Origin: Dehalococcoidia bacterium
GTDB lineage: Bacteria > Chloroflexota > Dehalococcoidia > Plut-88900
Assembly (NCBI GenBank): GCA_965207225.1
Contig: CBDBLV010000005.1
Location: 736,001-800,000 of the forward strand
Length of the DNA: 64,000 nucleotides
Direction: 5' to 3'
The position numbers and the translations under genes were made by a program. A model generated the notes under the pieces. That model worked only from the letters and a program-made list of their open reading frames with translations, was not told the DNA's origin and did no database searches. Positions 18,702-29,357 of this stretch are shown here, in pieces (the first letter of the stretch is position 1; each line of letters starts with the position of its first letter).

Positions 18702-20111
18702 CTATTTGGCAACCGCCGGCCAACGCCTGTCCATCTGGCACCCTTCCAGTGCCTTTGCAATCCTGAGCAGCATGTGCTCCTCGAAGTGTCGCGCCACAAG
18801 CTGTACACCTATCGGCATACCCTCGTTGCTCCAGCCGAATGGCACATTCATCGCCGGAGACCCCGTCAGGTCCCAGGGCACCGTCGCTCGAAGGCTGTGC
18901 CTTGCCCCCATCGTCCTCCCCCCGATCACAAACTCCTCCCGACCTGCCTCGTACGCCGGCATTGGCGCCGTCGGGCACAGGAACAGGTCATACCGCGAGA
19001 AGTATTCCCCTACCTCCCACTTGAGCGACTCCCAGTTAAAGATGGCCTCCAGGTATTCGTCCATCGTCTTGTCGGGTGAGTCGATGTAACGCTTGCGCAG
19101 CAGCGGCGTGAGTTCGCCCTCCCGCCCCCCGACTATGGACATCAAAAGTGGCTTAGCCTCAACCGGGTAGACCACCGACGAGATAACCTGCGCATCATTA
19201 TCCCCCAGCCCCGGGATCTCCACCTGCTCCACATCCAGCCCCAGCCCTGACAGCGCATCCGCCGCATCAGCTACCACCTTCTGAACTTGCTCCTCCACCG
19301 CCGTACCGCCCGTCGAGCTCCAGCCGATCCGCAGCTTGGGCAAAGGGCGATCCAGGTCTGTATAGTCGGGCACCGGTACTGGCGGTGCGTATATGTCCTC
19401 GCCGTCCGGTCCTGCCATAATGCCAAGCTCAAGGGCCACGTCTTGCACGTTTCGCGCCATAGGCCCGACGTGTATCGCTCGGAACAGCGTCTGAGGCACG
19501 ACCCGCGTATACGGCACCCGACCCAGCGTCGGCTTCAGCCCGGCTAGCCCGCAGAAGCTCGAAGGCTGCCGGATCGACCCCCCCAGGTCCGTCCCCACAC
19601 CCAGCGGCGACATACCCGTCGCCAGCGCAGCCCCCTCCCCGCCGCTCGAGCCCCCCGGCGTATACCCGATCTTCCACGGGTTATGCGTCGCCCCGAACAG
19701 CAGGTTGTTCGTCTCCCACCAGAGCGCAAATTCCGGCAGATTGGTCTTTCCAAGCAGGATGCCCCCCGCCCCCTTCAGCCTCCTGTACACCGTCGAATCC
19801 TCTGTCGATATGTTGTCCGCCAGGATCTTGGAACCTTGAGTTGTCCTCAGCCCGGCCACCTCCACGCAGTCCTTCAGCGTGAATGGCACCCCGTGAATGG
19901 CTCCCAACTCTTCTCTCCGCGCTATCGCAGCGTCGGCTTCCCTGGCCTTCTCCAGGGGGTCGGGCGCAAAGGTGACGATAGCGTTGAGTGTCGGGTTCAG
20001 CCTCTCAATACGGTCGAGGTGTGCCTGCACCACCTCCTGCGACGAGAACTTCTTGCTCCGTATTCCTTCCGCCAGCTCCGTTCCCGAAAGCCAGCAAATC
20101 TCCTGTTCCAT
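18702..20111 (-). CDS. Amidase signature family protein
   Basis: GVPFTLKD, GGSSGG, GTDLGGSIRQP; start at MEQEI. Confidence 0.92.
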   Translation of the reverse strand: MEQEICWLSGTELAEGIRSKKFSSQEVVQAHLDRIERLNPTLNAIVTFAPDPLEKAREADAAIARREELGAIHGVPFTLKDCVEVAGLRTTQGSKILADNISTEDSTVYRRLKGAGGILLGKTNLPEFALWWETNNLLFGATHNPWKIGYTPGGSSGGEGAALATGMSPLGVGTDLGGSIRQPSSFCGLAGLKPTLGRVPYTRVVPQTLFRAIHVGPMARNVQDVALELGIMAGPDGEDIYAPPVPVPDYTDLDRPLPKLRIGWSSTGGTAVEEQVQKVVADAADALSGLGLDVEQVEIPGLGDNDAQVISSVVYPVEAKPLLMSIVGGREGELTPLLRKRYIDSPDKTMDEYLEAIFNWESLKWEVGEYFSRYDLFLCPTAPMPAYEAGREEFVIGGRTMGARHSLRATVPWDLTGSPAMNVPFGWSNEGMPIGVQLVARHFEEHMLLRIAKALEGCQMDRRWPAVAK

Positions 20112-20127
20112 CTCCAAAACTCCTCTG

Positions 20128-21345
20128 CTAATGCAACGCCGCCGAAGAAGCCGCCCCCTTCTCATTCACCAGCCGACCATCCCGGAACCTGTCTAACGAG
20201 AACGGCTTGATCAAGTCAGGCGCCTCCCCCGTATCGATTAGCTCCGCCATCATCTTCCCCGATATCGGCGCTGCCTTGAACCCGTACGTCCCCCACCCAC
20301 AGTTAAGCAGGAACCCCTCCAGCCCCGACACCTTCCCCATGATCGGAGCATAGTCCGGTGTCATGTCGCATATCCCCGTCCACTGCCTCAGGATGTTTAT
20401 GTTCTTCAGGAACGGGAACAGCCTCAACGCTCCTGCTGATAGCTCCTCGATCATCGGGAACGTCGATTTGTACGAGTAGCTCGTGTAGTGGTCCACCGCC
20501 CCGCCGATCACCAGCTCCCCCCTGTCTGTCTGGTAGACATAAACATGGAAATTCGTCGATGACACCCCGATGTCCAGCAACGGCTTCAGAGGCTCCGTCA
20601 CCATCGCCTGCAGAGGGTGCGTCACCATCGGCAGGTCAAGCCCGACCATCGCCGCCACACTCGAGGCCCATGCCGCCGTGCAGTTCACCACCATATCCGT
20701 CTGAATCGTTCCCCGGTTTGTCCGTACACCCGTCACCCGACCATTGCTCCGGTTAATAGCGGTGATCTCGGTAAACGGGTGAATCTCCGCACCCTTGCGG
20801 TCGGCGCCCCGGGCGTAGGCCCAGATAACGGCGTCGTGCCGGATCACCCCGCCGGGCGGATGGAATAGACCAGCCAGTACCGGAAGGTCCTTCCCCTCCC
20901 GCATGTCTAACAGGGGAGCTAGTTCTCGAATCCCGTCCAGCCCGACAATCCTGCTGTCCACCCCTAATGCCGCATTAGCATCCGCCCGAAGCCTCAGCGC
21001 ATACACCGACGACTCCGTGTGCGCCAGCTCCAGCCGACCCATCTGGCTGAACAGCAGGTTGTACCCCAGCTCCTGCGACAGGTCTTCATACATCTTCACG
21101 CTTTCGTTGAAGAACGGAATGCCCTCGGGGGTTACGTAGTTGGCCCGGATAATCGCCGTGGACCGAGCGCTCGCCCCTCCCCCCAGGTACCCCTTATCCA
21201 GCACTGCAACGTTGGTGATCCCCTTCTGCCCCAGGTAGTAGGCAATGGCCAGCCCGTGCACCCCCGCCCCGGCTATTACGATGTCATAGCTCTTCTTGAG
21301 GGGCTCGTCCCTCCACATCCGCTCTTTCTTGAACAGCTGGAACAT
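20128..21345 (-). CDS. soxB: Sarcosine oxidase beta / N-methylglutamate dehydrogenase FAD subunit
   Basis: GAGVHGLAIAYYL, TAIIRANY, HPLQAMVTEP, GWGTYGFKA, EKGAASSAALH. Confidence 0.88.
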   Translation of the reverse strand: MFQLFKKERMWRDEPLKKSYDIVIAGAGVHGLAIAYYLGQKGITNVAVLDKGYLGGGASARSTAIIRANYVTPEGIPFFNESVKMYEDLSQELGYNLLFSQMGRLELAHTESSVYALRLRADANAALGVDSRIVGLDGIRELAPLLDMREGKDLPVLAGLFHPPGGVIRHDAVIWAYARGADRKGAEIHPFTEITAINRSNGRVTGVRTNRGTIQTDMVVNCTAAWASSVAAMVGLDLPMVTHPLQAMVTEPLKPLLDIGVSSTNFHVYVYQTDRGELVIGGAVDHYTSYSYKSTFPMIEELSAGALRLFPFLKNINILRQWTGICDMTPDYAPIMGKVSGLEGFLLNCGWGTYGFKAAPISGKMMAELIDTGEAPDLIKPFSLDRFRDGRLVNEKGAASSAALH

Positions 21346-22541
21346 TACAGTGGAACCACCCTCAGGCTCCGCTCCTGCGCCGTAAGCGACTCCCAACCCG
21401 TCTCCGTGACCAGTACCGTCTCGCTGAACCCCACCCCCCGCTGCCCCGGAACATGAATAGTCAAAGGAGTGTGAAACACCATGCCCGGCTGCAGCGGCTC
21501 GTCAACGCCCTCGGCTATGAAAATCAGGTCTTCGCCCCAGATCGACGGCACCCCAATCCCGACCGAATACCCGAAGTTCTCGATGAAGAACGCCTCCTCC
21601 GTAACCGGCCCGACCGCCTTCTTGGCCTCCATCGCCACGTCGTGGGCCGTGCGTTCAGGCTTGATGTTGGATGTCAGCACATCGAAGGTCCGAAGCATGG
21701 CGTCGGCCATCCTCTTCGTCAGGTCATCGGGCTCTCCGAAGGTCGCCGTTCGCATCATCAGGGCGTCGTAGCGCTTGTAGGAAGCCCCGAGTTCCATGTA
21801 GATGACATCACCTGGCGCAATCGGGTGCCGGGCGTGGAAAGAGTGGTGAAACCCCGACCTGTAGCCGGTCATGATGTTTTGCCACTTCGTGAAATACTCG
21901 CTGCCGGCTCGGATCATCACCTCGTGGCACGCCGCCGAAAGATCGTTGTCCGTCTTGCCCGGCCCTATCTCCGCCATCGCAGCCTCCACCCCGAGCACCG
22001 TCAGCCGACCAGCCTCCCGAATGTATTCTATCTCCGCCGCCGACTTGCTCTTCCGGACCTCGTACACCAAACGGGAAGCATCTACAAGCGAGGCATTAGG
22101 CAGCATCTCCGTCAGCCTGCGGTGCTGGTTTACGTGCAGCCCCGACACCCCGGTCTCCACGCCAATGGCCTTACTCCCCAGCCCTCTACTCTTCACGATC
22201 TCCGATAGCAGATCCATCGCCCGCGCCGCATCGTAGTAGTGGTAAAGCTCGACGTCCCTCACCCACCCAGTGGCGAACACCGCGCCCAGTTCCACGTCCG
22301 CTATGTGGATTGCCGGGTCTCCATCCATTGGAAGCACCAGGCAGGCATACCGGTTCGGAATTATTGTGTTGTATCCCGTCAGGTAGTACAGGTTAGGAAG
22401 ATGCGTGACCAGAAGGACATCGATTCCCCCATCACCCATCAGCTTGCGTACCTTGGCTATGCGCCCCTGGAACTCCTCCTCGGGAAAGGGAAGCTCAGAG
22501 GGTGTCGGGTTTTCTTGTAGGAATTTTAGTGGGTCCATCAA
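21345..22541 (-). CDS. M24 family hydrolase (creatinase/Xaa-Pro peptidase-like)
   Basis: Creatinase_N (NLYYLTGY), KSAAEI, GYSVGI, GFSETVLVTE. Confidence 0.85.
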   Translation of the reverse strand: MMDPLKFLQENPTPSELPFPEEEFQGRIAKVRKLMGDGGIDVLLVTHLPNLYYLTGYNTIIPNRYACLVLPMDGDPAIHIADVELGAVFATGWVRDVELYHYYDAARAMDLLSEIVKSRGLGSKAIGVETGVSGLHVNQHRRLTEMLPNASLVDASRLVYEVRKSKSAAEIEYIREAGRLTVLGVEAAMAEIGPGKTDNDLSAACHEVMIRAGSEYFTKWQNIMTGYRSGFHHSFHARHPIAPGDVIYMELGASYKRYDALMMRTATFGEPDDLTKRMADAMLRTFDVLTSNIKPERTAHDVAMEAKKAVGPVTEEAFFIENFGYSVGIGVPSIWGEDLIFIAEGVDEPLQPGMVFHTPLTIHVPGQRGVGFSETVLVTETGWESLTAQERSLRVVPL

Positions 22542-22550
22542 TTGGCCTCG

Positions 22551-23294
22551 CTACCAGGGTATCCCCGGGCTGTCTCCCGAGATCCGTTCAAATGCCTCGA
22601 CCCCGACCGGCCCCACCCCCACGCCCTTCCCACCATGCACCATCGCCTCCCACATGTACTCTCCGTAGTCCCGGGTCACGTACAACTGGTAACCGTACTC
22701 CCCCGACACATCACCGCGAACTATCAGCGAATGCACCTCGGCCGTCTTGACCTGAGCGCAGGCTCCATCAAGAAATCGATCGGGGTCCAGGTCCAACTCA
22801 ACTATCCTGGCGAGGGCGTCTCCCACCTTTGGCCCGACCACCCCAATCCCCGCCCACGCCGATGTCAGATCAATCATGTACGCACAACTGGCCAGTTGCT
22901 CTTCCAAAGCCTCCGCCACCGACTCCCGTGCCCCAGGAGAAGTGAACACCATTGCCTCGTCGTACGTCAGTCCCGCTACAGTCACGGACTCCCGACTGTC
23001 CTCACTGGCCGTCGGGCTTGGACACCTTACCGCCTTGCCCACGACGAGGGGTTCCGGCAATGACAGTGCTTGGGCCACTCCGGCCAGCACGTCGGCGCCC
23101 TGGAATGACAGTTTGCCTACCGGGCTGATATCGAAAATGCCCCCGCCTCCTTTCACCCTCGCAACTTCTTCATCAACAGCAGTGTACCGACCCGGGAGTT
23201 TCCATCCGTCCCTGTAGATAAACTCGGCCCCCAGGTCTCGGTGAGCGCCGTGCATGGCCGTCAGCTTTGCAATCGCCGTTGTCATCGATTTCAT
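22551..23294 (-). CDS. GcvT-like / sarcosine oxidase gamma-like subunit
   Basis: H..LGAEF..DGW, FDISPVGK, YGEYMWEAM; follows soxA. Confidence 0.75.
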   Translation of the reverse strand: MKSMTTAIAKLTAMHGAHRDLGAEFIYRDGWKLPGRYTAVDEEVARVKGGGGIFDISPVGKLSFQGADVLAGVAQALSLPEPLVVGKAVRCPSPTASEDSRESVTVAGLTYDEAMVFTSPGARESVAEALEEQLASCAYMIDLTSAWAGIGVVGPKVGDALARIVELDLDPDRFLDGACAQVKTAEVHSLIVRGDVSGEYGYQLYVTRDYGEYMWEAMVHGGKGVGVGPVGVEAFERISGDSPGIPW

Positions 23295-23304
23295 CTACCC
23301 CTGC

Positions 23305-26256
23305 CTACTCCCTCAGGTGAACGCCTTCCGGATCATAGACAGGCGCATGCCGGACGCGAGCCCAGGCCACCCCGCCCGGCGCCCGGATCTCGATAAGCTG
23401 CCCATCAGCGGCCAATCGGTCGGGCACCCATGCCAACCCGAAGCCCTTGCCAATCGAAGGGCTGAACCGGGAGCTCGTGACTTTACCCACCGGCCACCCG
23501 TGCTCCAGCACCGGAGTCCCGTCCTCCGGCACAGCCCCGTTCTCCATCACGAATCCCACCATCCGGTTCCGGTACCCCCGCTCCGACACTTGCCTTAGCG
23601 CCTCCCGCCCTATGAAGTCCCCCTTCTCAAACTTGACCGCCCACTCAAGGTCGGACTCCAGCGGGTTCGACATCACGTCGGTATCCTGGCCCGGAATCAG
23701 GTGCTTCTTCTCCAGCCTGAGCACCCGCTGCGCCTCCACACCGAACGGCGCTATCCCGAACTCCGCCCCGGCCTCCATGATCGACTCCCAAACGTGTTCA
23801 CCATATTCTGCGGGGAAGTGCAGCTCCCACCCCGCCTCCCCCACAAACCCGACTCGCAGGAACAGCGCCGGCACCCCCGCCACCTCCCCCCGGGCGCTGC
23901 GCATATACCTGAACTTGTCCTTGGAGAGGTCAACCTCAGTAAGCTTTTGCAGTGTCTCCCGCGCCTTTGGCCCCGCCACGTTCACCGCACCGAATCCAGG
24001 CGTCACGTTCGCTACGTAAGCGCACATGTCGGTGCCGACTGTCCACCACCGGAACCACTCCTCAACAAGGTCAATGTTCCCCGTACCCGTGGTGACGTAG
24101 TAATGGTCGTCCGCCAGCCGGGTCACAGTGCCGTCGTCCATGATGATCCCGCTGTCGGAGCAGATTACCCCATACCTGATCCTGCCCACCCCGAGATTCG
24201 AGAAGTAGTGCGTGTACACCCTGTCCAGCAGCGCCGGTGCATCCTTCCCCACCACGTCCAGCTTTCCCAATGTGCTCACGTCAATGATACCGACCCGGGT
24301 GCGTACCGCTTCTATCTCATCAATCGGGTCTCCGTAGGAGTGTGGCCTCTTCCACTGCCCGACCTCCGCCATCTTCCCCCCGGCCCTCACGTGAGCGTGA
24401 TGTATAGGGGTCATCCTGAACGGCATGTGGCCCGGCCCTGCAATCGCTCCCAGTGGCGTCGGGTGGAAGGGCGGTCGGGGCGTAGTCCCCCCCACCGCAT
24501 CCAACCCCAGACCCGTCGATTCTGAAATCAGGTACGTGTAGCTCTTATGGCACATCTTCCCTTGGCACGGCCCCATCGAGACTGTGCTGTACCGCTTCAG
24601 CGACTGTACGTCGGCGAATCCTTCGTCGATCGCCTGGCGTACGTCCTTCTCGGTCACGTCTTCGCACAGGCACACGAATCTCTTGGCCCGCCCGAACCTC
24701 TTGCCCACCGTGCTGCGGAACGGAGAAGAAGACATCTCTCCTCTGTGCACCGACTCAGCCAGGGTAAGTTGAGATGCCAGGTCCTCCAGGTTGTCCTCGC
24801 CACCACCCGCCCCCGACGCCGCAGCCGCCTTCAGCCCCGCTATCCTGCCCTGTAGGAGGTGCACCTCCACGTCTTGGAAGCCCGTCACGTCGCCCGCCGC
24901 ATATACGGAGTCCGACAGCTGCGAAGGGACCATGGCGCCTAGCACTTCGTCATAAGTCAACTTGGCGTCAGCTTGTGAGAGAAGCGCAGTAACCGGCTCG
25001 GGGTTGGGCGCCAGGCACAGGAAGTCACAGTCAACGCTCCTCTGGGCCCCCTCCCGCGTGCTTTCCAGCAGCACCGACTTCAACCTCTTGCCGCCTTCCG
25101 CCTTGACTACCTTCCACCCCTGGAGCAGCGTCACGTTCCGTTCCCTGAAGTCCTCTGCAAAGGGACAATTGTGACGCATCCGGGAGTCGACCACTATATG
25201 AGCACCTACTCCCGCATTCAGCAGCTGCGCCGCTGCCCTCAAACCGTCATCGCAGTTGGTGAATATCACCCCTCGGTTGCCGGGACTCACACCATACAGA
25301 TTCACCAGCCTCAGGGCTCCACTGCTGAGCATGACCCCCGGCAAATCATTATTCGGGAACACTGGCGGCGACTCCTGGGCCCCCGTCGCCACCACTACCT
25401 GGTCGGCCCTCAGCTTCACAATCCTCTCACCCTGGTGAACGGTGATCATGTTTCCCTGGTACAGGGCCATCGCCGACGCCCCCGTATACACCCGGATCCA
25501 CCCCGAAGCTTCCACCAACTCGGCAAGATACCTAGCCATCTGGTACCCGAGAGCTGCATAGTCCTCTTCTCCCCCATCCCCCTGCCCCTCCCCAAACCTC
25601 ATCAATGCATCCGGCACCGTGTGCGGCAAAGTTTCATATCTCAGGTGCCCCCCAAGCGCCTCCCCTTCATCGATTAGCGTCACCCGGGCCCCGGCGCCCG
25701 CCGCCGCAAGCGCAGTGCTCATCCCCGCAGGCCCTCCCCCGACCACCGCCACGTCAGTGTACGCATTCACGTGCTCGTACTCGGTGTCCGGCACCCGGCT
25801 CGCGTCCACAGTCCCCAGCCCCGCCACCCGACGAATTACCGGCTCGGCCAGGTGCCACGCTGCCTTGGGCCTGACAAGCGTCTTGTAGTAGAACCCGACC
25901 GGCATCAGCCGATCGAAATGCTGCAGGGCTGATAGGGCGTCGTTCTCTACCGAGGGCCACGCGTTCTGCCCCGTGACCCTTTCGGCATCCGCCGCAGCGC
26001 ACACGCACGCCCTCACATTGGGCGTGCCGTCCACGTTCATCATGCAGTTCGGGCACCGACCCGATACGCACAACAGACCCCTCGGCCTGTGGTACTTGAA
26101 GCTCCGCCCGAAGATGTCTATGCCCGACGCGTACATCGCCGAGGCAACCGTGTCCCCCTTGAAACCCGGGATCCGCCTGCCCTCATACTCGAAACTTATC
26201 GGCTTAGACCGGTCTATGATCTGGGATGGATGGGGCGGAAGCCTTCGCTCTGCCAT
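23305..26256 (-). CDS. soxA: Sarcosine oxidase alpha / N-methylglutamate dehydrogenase large subunit
   Basis: GDTVASA, RSFKYHRPRG, GGGPAG, CLCEDVT, MGPCQG, GcvT domain (DVSTLGK, LRLEK). Confidence 0.9.
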   Translation of the reverse strand: MAERRLPPHPSQIIDRSKPISFEYEGRRIPGFKGDTVASAMYASGIDIFGRSFKYHRPRGLLCVSGRCPNCMMNVDGTPNVRACVCAAADAERVTGQNAWPSVENDALSALQHFDRLMPVGFYYKTLVRPKAAWHLAEPVIRRVAGLGTVDASRVPDTEYEHVNAYTDVAVVGGGPAGMSTALAAAGAGARVTLIDEGEALGGHLRYETLPHTVPDALMRFGEGQGDGGEEDYAALGYQMARYLAELVEASGWIRVYTGASAMALYQGNMITVHQGERIVKLRADQVVVATGAQESPPVFPNNDLPGVMLSSGALRLVNLYGVSPGNRGVIFTNCDDGLRAAAQLLNAGVGAHIVVDSRMRHNCPFAEDFRERNVTLLQGWKVVKAEGGKRLKSVLLESTREGAQRSVDCDFLCLAPNPEPVTALLSQADAKLTYDEVLGAMVPSQLSDSVYAAGDVTGFQDVEVHLLQGRIAGLKAAAASGAGGGEDNLEDLASQLTLAESVHRGEMSSSPFRSTVGKRFGRAKRFVCLCEDVTEKDVRQAIDEGFADVQSLKRYSTVSMGPCQGKMCHKSYTYLISESTGLGLDAVGGTTPRPPFHPTPLGAIAGPGHMPFRMTPIHHAHVRAGGKMAEVGQWKRPHSYGDPIDEIEAVRTRVGIIDVSTLGKLDVVGKDAPALLDRVYTHYFSNLGVGRIRYGVICSDSGIIMDDGTVTRLADDHYYVTTGTGNIDLVEEWFRWWTVGTDMCAYVANVTPGFGAVNVAGPKARETLQKLTEVDLSKDKFRYMRSARGEVAGVPALFLRVGFVGEAGWELHFPAEYGEHVWESIMEAGAEFGIAPFGVEAQRVLRLEKKHLIPGQDTDVMSNPLESDLEWAVKFEKGDFIGREALRQVSERGYRNRMVGFVMENGAVPEDGTPVLEHGWPVGKVTSSRFSPSIGKGFGLAWVPDRLAADGQLIEIRAPGGVAWARVRHAPVYDPEGVHLRE

Positions 26257-26257
26257 T

Positions 26258-26542
26258 TCAGCCCCTCTCCCCTGAGGATTGCACGGGCCCCTCACCCGGC
26301 CAGAACGTCGCCGACACGCTGTTGTTCAGGGTGTTCCGCTCTGCCTGGAACCACCGTCGGCACCCGTACTTGTGGTACCACCACTCCCGCTGCAACCCAG
26401 CCACGTTCTTACGCACGTAGAAATACGCCGACCAAGTCTCCTCGGAGTCCCCCGGCGAGGGGCGAGCCGTAACCTCGCCCCCGTATCGGAAGTCGTTGAC
26501 GGAACGGGAGCCGCAGTTTGGGCAGTTCAGCAGGAAGGACAT
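26258..26542 (-). CDS. soxD: Sarcosine oxidase delta subunit
   Basis: CPNCG.R...FRYGGE, EWWYH..GCRRWF..RNT. Confidence 0.9.
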   Translation of the reverse strand: MSFLLNCPNCGSRSVNDFRYGGEVTARPSPGDSEETWSAYFYVRKNVAGLQREWWYHKYGCRRWFQAERNTLNNSVSATFWPGEGPVQSSGERG

Positions 26543-26636
26543 ATCAGCACCCGCGACTGACCACTGCCCGTGAACAGGTTGGAGGATTCGATGGGATGAA
26601 GGCGTTAAGGCTCAACAGACCGGATCGACCGGGCCC

Positions 26637-27995
26637 CTAGAACATCGTGAGGTACCGGTCCACCTCCCATTGGCTCACCTGCCGGTGGTAGTCGGCCCAC
26701 TCCGCCTCTTTCACCTTTACAAACTCGTCGTAGATAGGCCCGAGCGCCGCCTGCACGACCTCGTCGTTCTTGAGCTCGTTGAGGGCCTCGGGAAGGCTCT
26801 GGGGTAATACCCGGATCCCGCGTCTCTGAATTTCTTCCATCCCAAGGGCGTAGGTGTTCTCAAAGTTGGCCTTGCCAGGGTCTATCTCGTTCTTCACCCC
26901 GTCCATCCCCGCCGACACATATGCCGTGAAAGCCAAATACGGGTTGCACCCCGAGGACATCGTCCGGTCCTCCAGGTGCCCGGGGCCCGCTGTCCGTATC
27001 ATCTGCGTCCGGTTGTTATCTCCGTACGAAATGAACGCCGGCGTCCACGTGAACCCCGACCTCGATCCCGTCAGCGCCGACCCCATCTGTAGCCGCTTGT
27101 AGCAGTTCACAGTAGGTGAGTTGATCGCACACAGCGCCGGCGCATGCTTCAGAATCCCCCCGATGAAGTGGTAGGCCATCTTGGAGAGCCCTAGACCCTG
27201 CTCATCATCGTGGTCTATCAACACATTCTCCCCAGACTTCGCATCAGCAACGTGGAAGTGGATGTGTCCCCCGCTCCCCGTCCTGTCCGCAAACGGCTTG
27301 GGCATGTGTGTTGCAATCGCCCCGTGCTTCCGGGCCACCTGGCTCGTCATCATCTTGAAGAACGTGTAACGGTCTGCGGTGGTGAGGGCGTCGGCGTAGT
27401 CGAAGTTGATTTCGTATTGCCCGCTCCCGTCCTCGTGGTCCGACTGATAAACACCGTATCCCAGTCCGTTTAGCCCCGCGGTCATCTCCTTCAGGTATCC
27501 GAGTACCCCCGAAATCCCCTTGTAGTCGTAGCAAGGCTTCTCTAGGTTGTCCACGTTCGCCGGGTCGAAGATGCGTATCGAGCCGTCCTCATTTTTCAGT
27601 ACTAGGAAGTGCTCGGGCTCAATCCCGACATTAAACACATACCCCTGGTTCCGCAGTTCACCCAGCACCTTCTTCATGTGCTGCCGGGGGCAATACGGGT
27701 GGGGCTCTCCATCCACAAATAGATCGGAGGCAAACCGAGCAGTTTCCCCATCCCAGGGCAGTCGCGTGTAGCTGTCTAGGTCAATGCGGGCCAGCATGTC
27801 GTGATCGTTTGGCCCCTGCCCCATCCCGTGCAGCGACCCCCCCGCAAACCCCGCCCCCTCATCAATCACGTCGTCAAAACTGGACGCGGGCACCAGCTTC
27901 ACCTTCGCCGCCCCGTGAATGTCGACGAACTGCGTCAGGATGTACTTGATCCCATCCCGGGTCATCTGCTCGCGTATCTGCTCTCTGTTGGCCAT
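26637..27995 (-). CDS. gmaS: Type III glutamate-ammonia ligase / gamma-glutamylmethylamide synthetase
   Basis: FVDIHGAAKVKLVP, KPCYD, DHED..GQYEINF, YGDNNRT; adjacent to mgsABC. Confidence 0.85.
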   Translation of the reverse strand: MANREQIREQMTRDGIKYILTQFVDIHGAAKVKLVPASSFDDVIDEGAGFAGGSLHGMGQGPNDHDMLARIDLDSYTRLPWDGETARFASDLFVDGEPHPYCPRQHMKKVLGELRNQGYVFNVGIEPEHFLVLKNEDGSIRIFDPANVDNLEKPCYDYKGISGVLGYLKEMTAGLNGLGYGVYQSDHEDGSGQYEINFDYADALTTADRYTFFKMMTSQVARKHGAIATHMPKPFADRTGSGGHIHFHVADAKSGENVLIDHDDEQGLGLSKMAYHFIGGILKHAPALCAINSPTVNCYKRLQMGSALTGSRSGFTWTPAFISYGDNNRTQMIRTAGPGHLEDRTMSSGCNPYLAFTAYVSAGMDGVKNEIDPGKANFENTYALGMEEIQRRGIRVLPQSLPEALNELKNDEVVQAALGPIYDEFVKVKEAEWADYHRQVSQWEVDRYLTMF

Positions 27996-28042
27996 CCTTA
28001 GCTCCGGTTTGGGTTCTGGAAATATGCTCGTGGTGAGAAAGA

Positions 28043-29347
28043 TTAGTCGAAGCCGAACACCTTGTCCGTCCCGACCAGCGGGATCCGCGCCATCGCCGAC
28101 GCCTCGATGGTCAGCGCCGCCATGTCTTCGGGCTCCAGGCTGTGTACGTCGCTCTTGCCCAGCGACCGCGTGATCAGCGCCAGCTCCATCGTCATCGCGT
28201 TCAGGAAATTCGCCACCCGTGCCCCGGCCTCATCAGGGTCCAGCCGTTTCATCAGCTCCGTGTCCTGGGTTGCTATGCCCACCGGGCACTTGCCCGTCTG
28301 GCAGTGGTGGCACATCCCCGCCGGCACCCCGACTTCCTCTTCGAAGTTCGCCTCTGGAATGTCCCGGTTGCAGTTCAACGCTATCAGTGCCGCAATTCCG
28401 ATCGCTACCGCATCCGCCCCTAAGGCCAGCGCCTTCGCCACGTCCACCCCGCTCCTGATCCCACCCGACGCTATCAACGCCACCTTCCCGTACATCCCGA
28501 TCTCTCGCAAAGCCTCCCTGGCCAGCACAATCGCCGGCACCGTCGGAATTCCCGAGTGGTCCAGCAATATCTCCGACGACGCCCCCGTCCCTGCCAGCAT
28601 GCTGTCGATGACTATCGCATCAGCCCCGGCCTTGGCCGCCAGCTTGACGTCATCCTTCACCCGACAGGCCCCCAGCTTCACGGTGACCGGGACCCGCCAG
28701 TCGGTTGCTTCCCGCAGCTGCTCGATCTTGATCGGCAGGTCATCGGGCCCGAGCCAGTCCGGGTGCCGGGTCGGCGACCGCTGGTCGATCCCCGTGGGGA
28801 GGTCCCGCATCTCCGCGATATGGTCCAGCACCTTGACGCCCATCAGCATCCCGCCCGTGCCGGGCTTTGCACCCTGGCCCACGCATATCTCTATGCAGTC
28901 GGCCATCATGATGTGATGAGGGTTCACGCCGTACCGGCTGGGCAGTATCTGGTATATCAGCTTCTCGGAAGCTTCCCGCTCGGCCATCAGCATTCCACCG
29001 TCGCCCGTGCACGTTGCCGTCCCCACCTCCGACGCACCCTTCCCCAGCGCAATCTTGGCGTTGCGGGAAAGGGCGCCATAGCTCATGCCCGTGATGTATA
29101 TGGGAGTCTCCAGCACCAGGGGATTCTTGGCGTTGCCCTCACCGATGACTACCTGTGTGCTGCACTTCTCCTTATATCCTTCCAGCGGGATCCTGGTCAG
29201 ACCCGTGGAGAGAAACGTCAAATCATCGAAATGAGTGACTTTTTGGAAGGAAGAAAAGCCCCGTATCCGGTAGCGGCCAAGGTCAGCCTTGGCGTGGATG
29301 TCTTCCATCACCCAGGGGGAATAAATCTGGCTGCTGTTCATCACCAT
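28043..29347 (-). CDS. mgsC: N-methylglutamate synthase FMN-binding subunit
   Basis: MSYGALS, TGDGG, GQGAKPG, RHPDWLGPDDL, CHHC..G.CPVG. Confidence 0.88.
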   Translation of the reverse strand: MVMNSSQIYSPWVMEDIHAKADLGRYRIRGFSSFQKVTHFDDLTFLSTGLTRIPLEGYKEKCSTQVVIGEGNAKNPLVLETPIYITGMSYGALSRNAKIALGKGASEVGTATCTGDGGMLMAEREASEKLIYQILPSRYGVNPHHIMMADCIEICVGQGAKPGTGGMLMGVKVLDHIAEMRDLPTGIDQRSPTRHPDWLGPDDLPIKIEQLREATDWRVPVTVKLGACRVKDDVKLAAKAGADAIVIDSMLAGTGASSEILLDHSGIPTVPAIVLAREALREIGMYGKVALIASGGIRSGVDVAKALALGADAVAIGIAALIALNCNRDIPEANFEEEVGVPAGMCHHCQTGKCPVGIATQDTELMKRLDPDEAGARVANFLNAMTMELALITRSLGKSDVHSLEPEDMAALTIEASAMARIPLVGTDKVFGFD

Positions 29348-29357
29348 GGCTGTATCC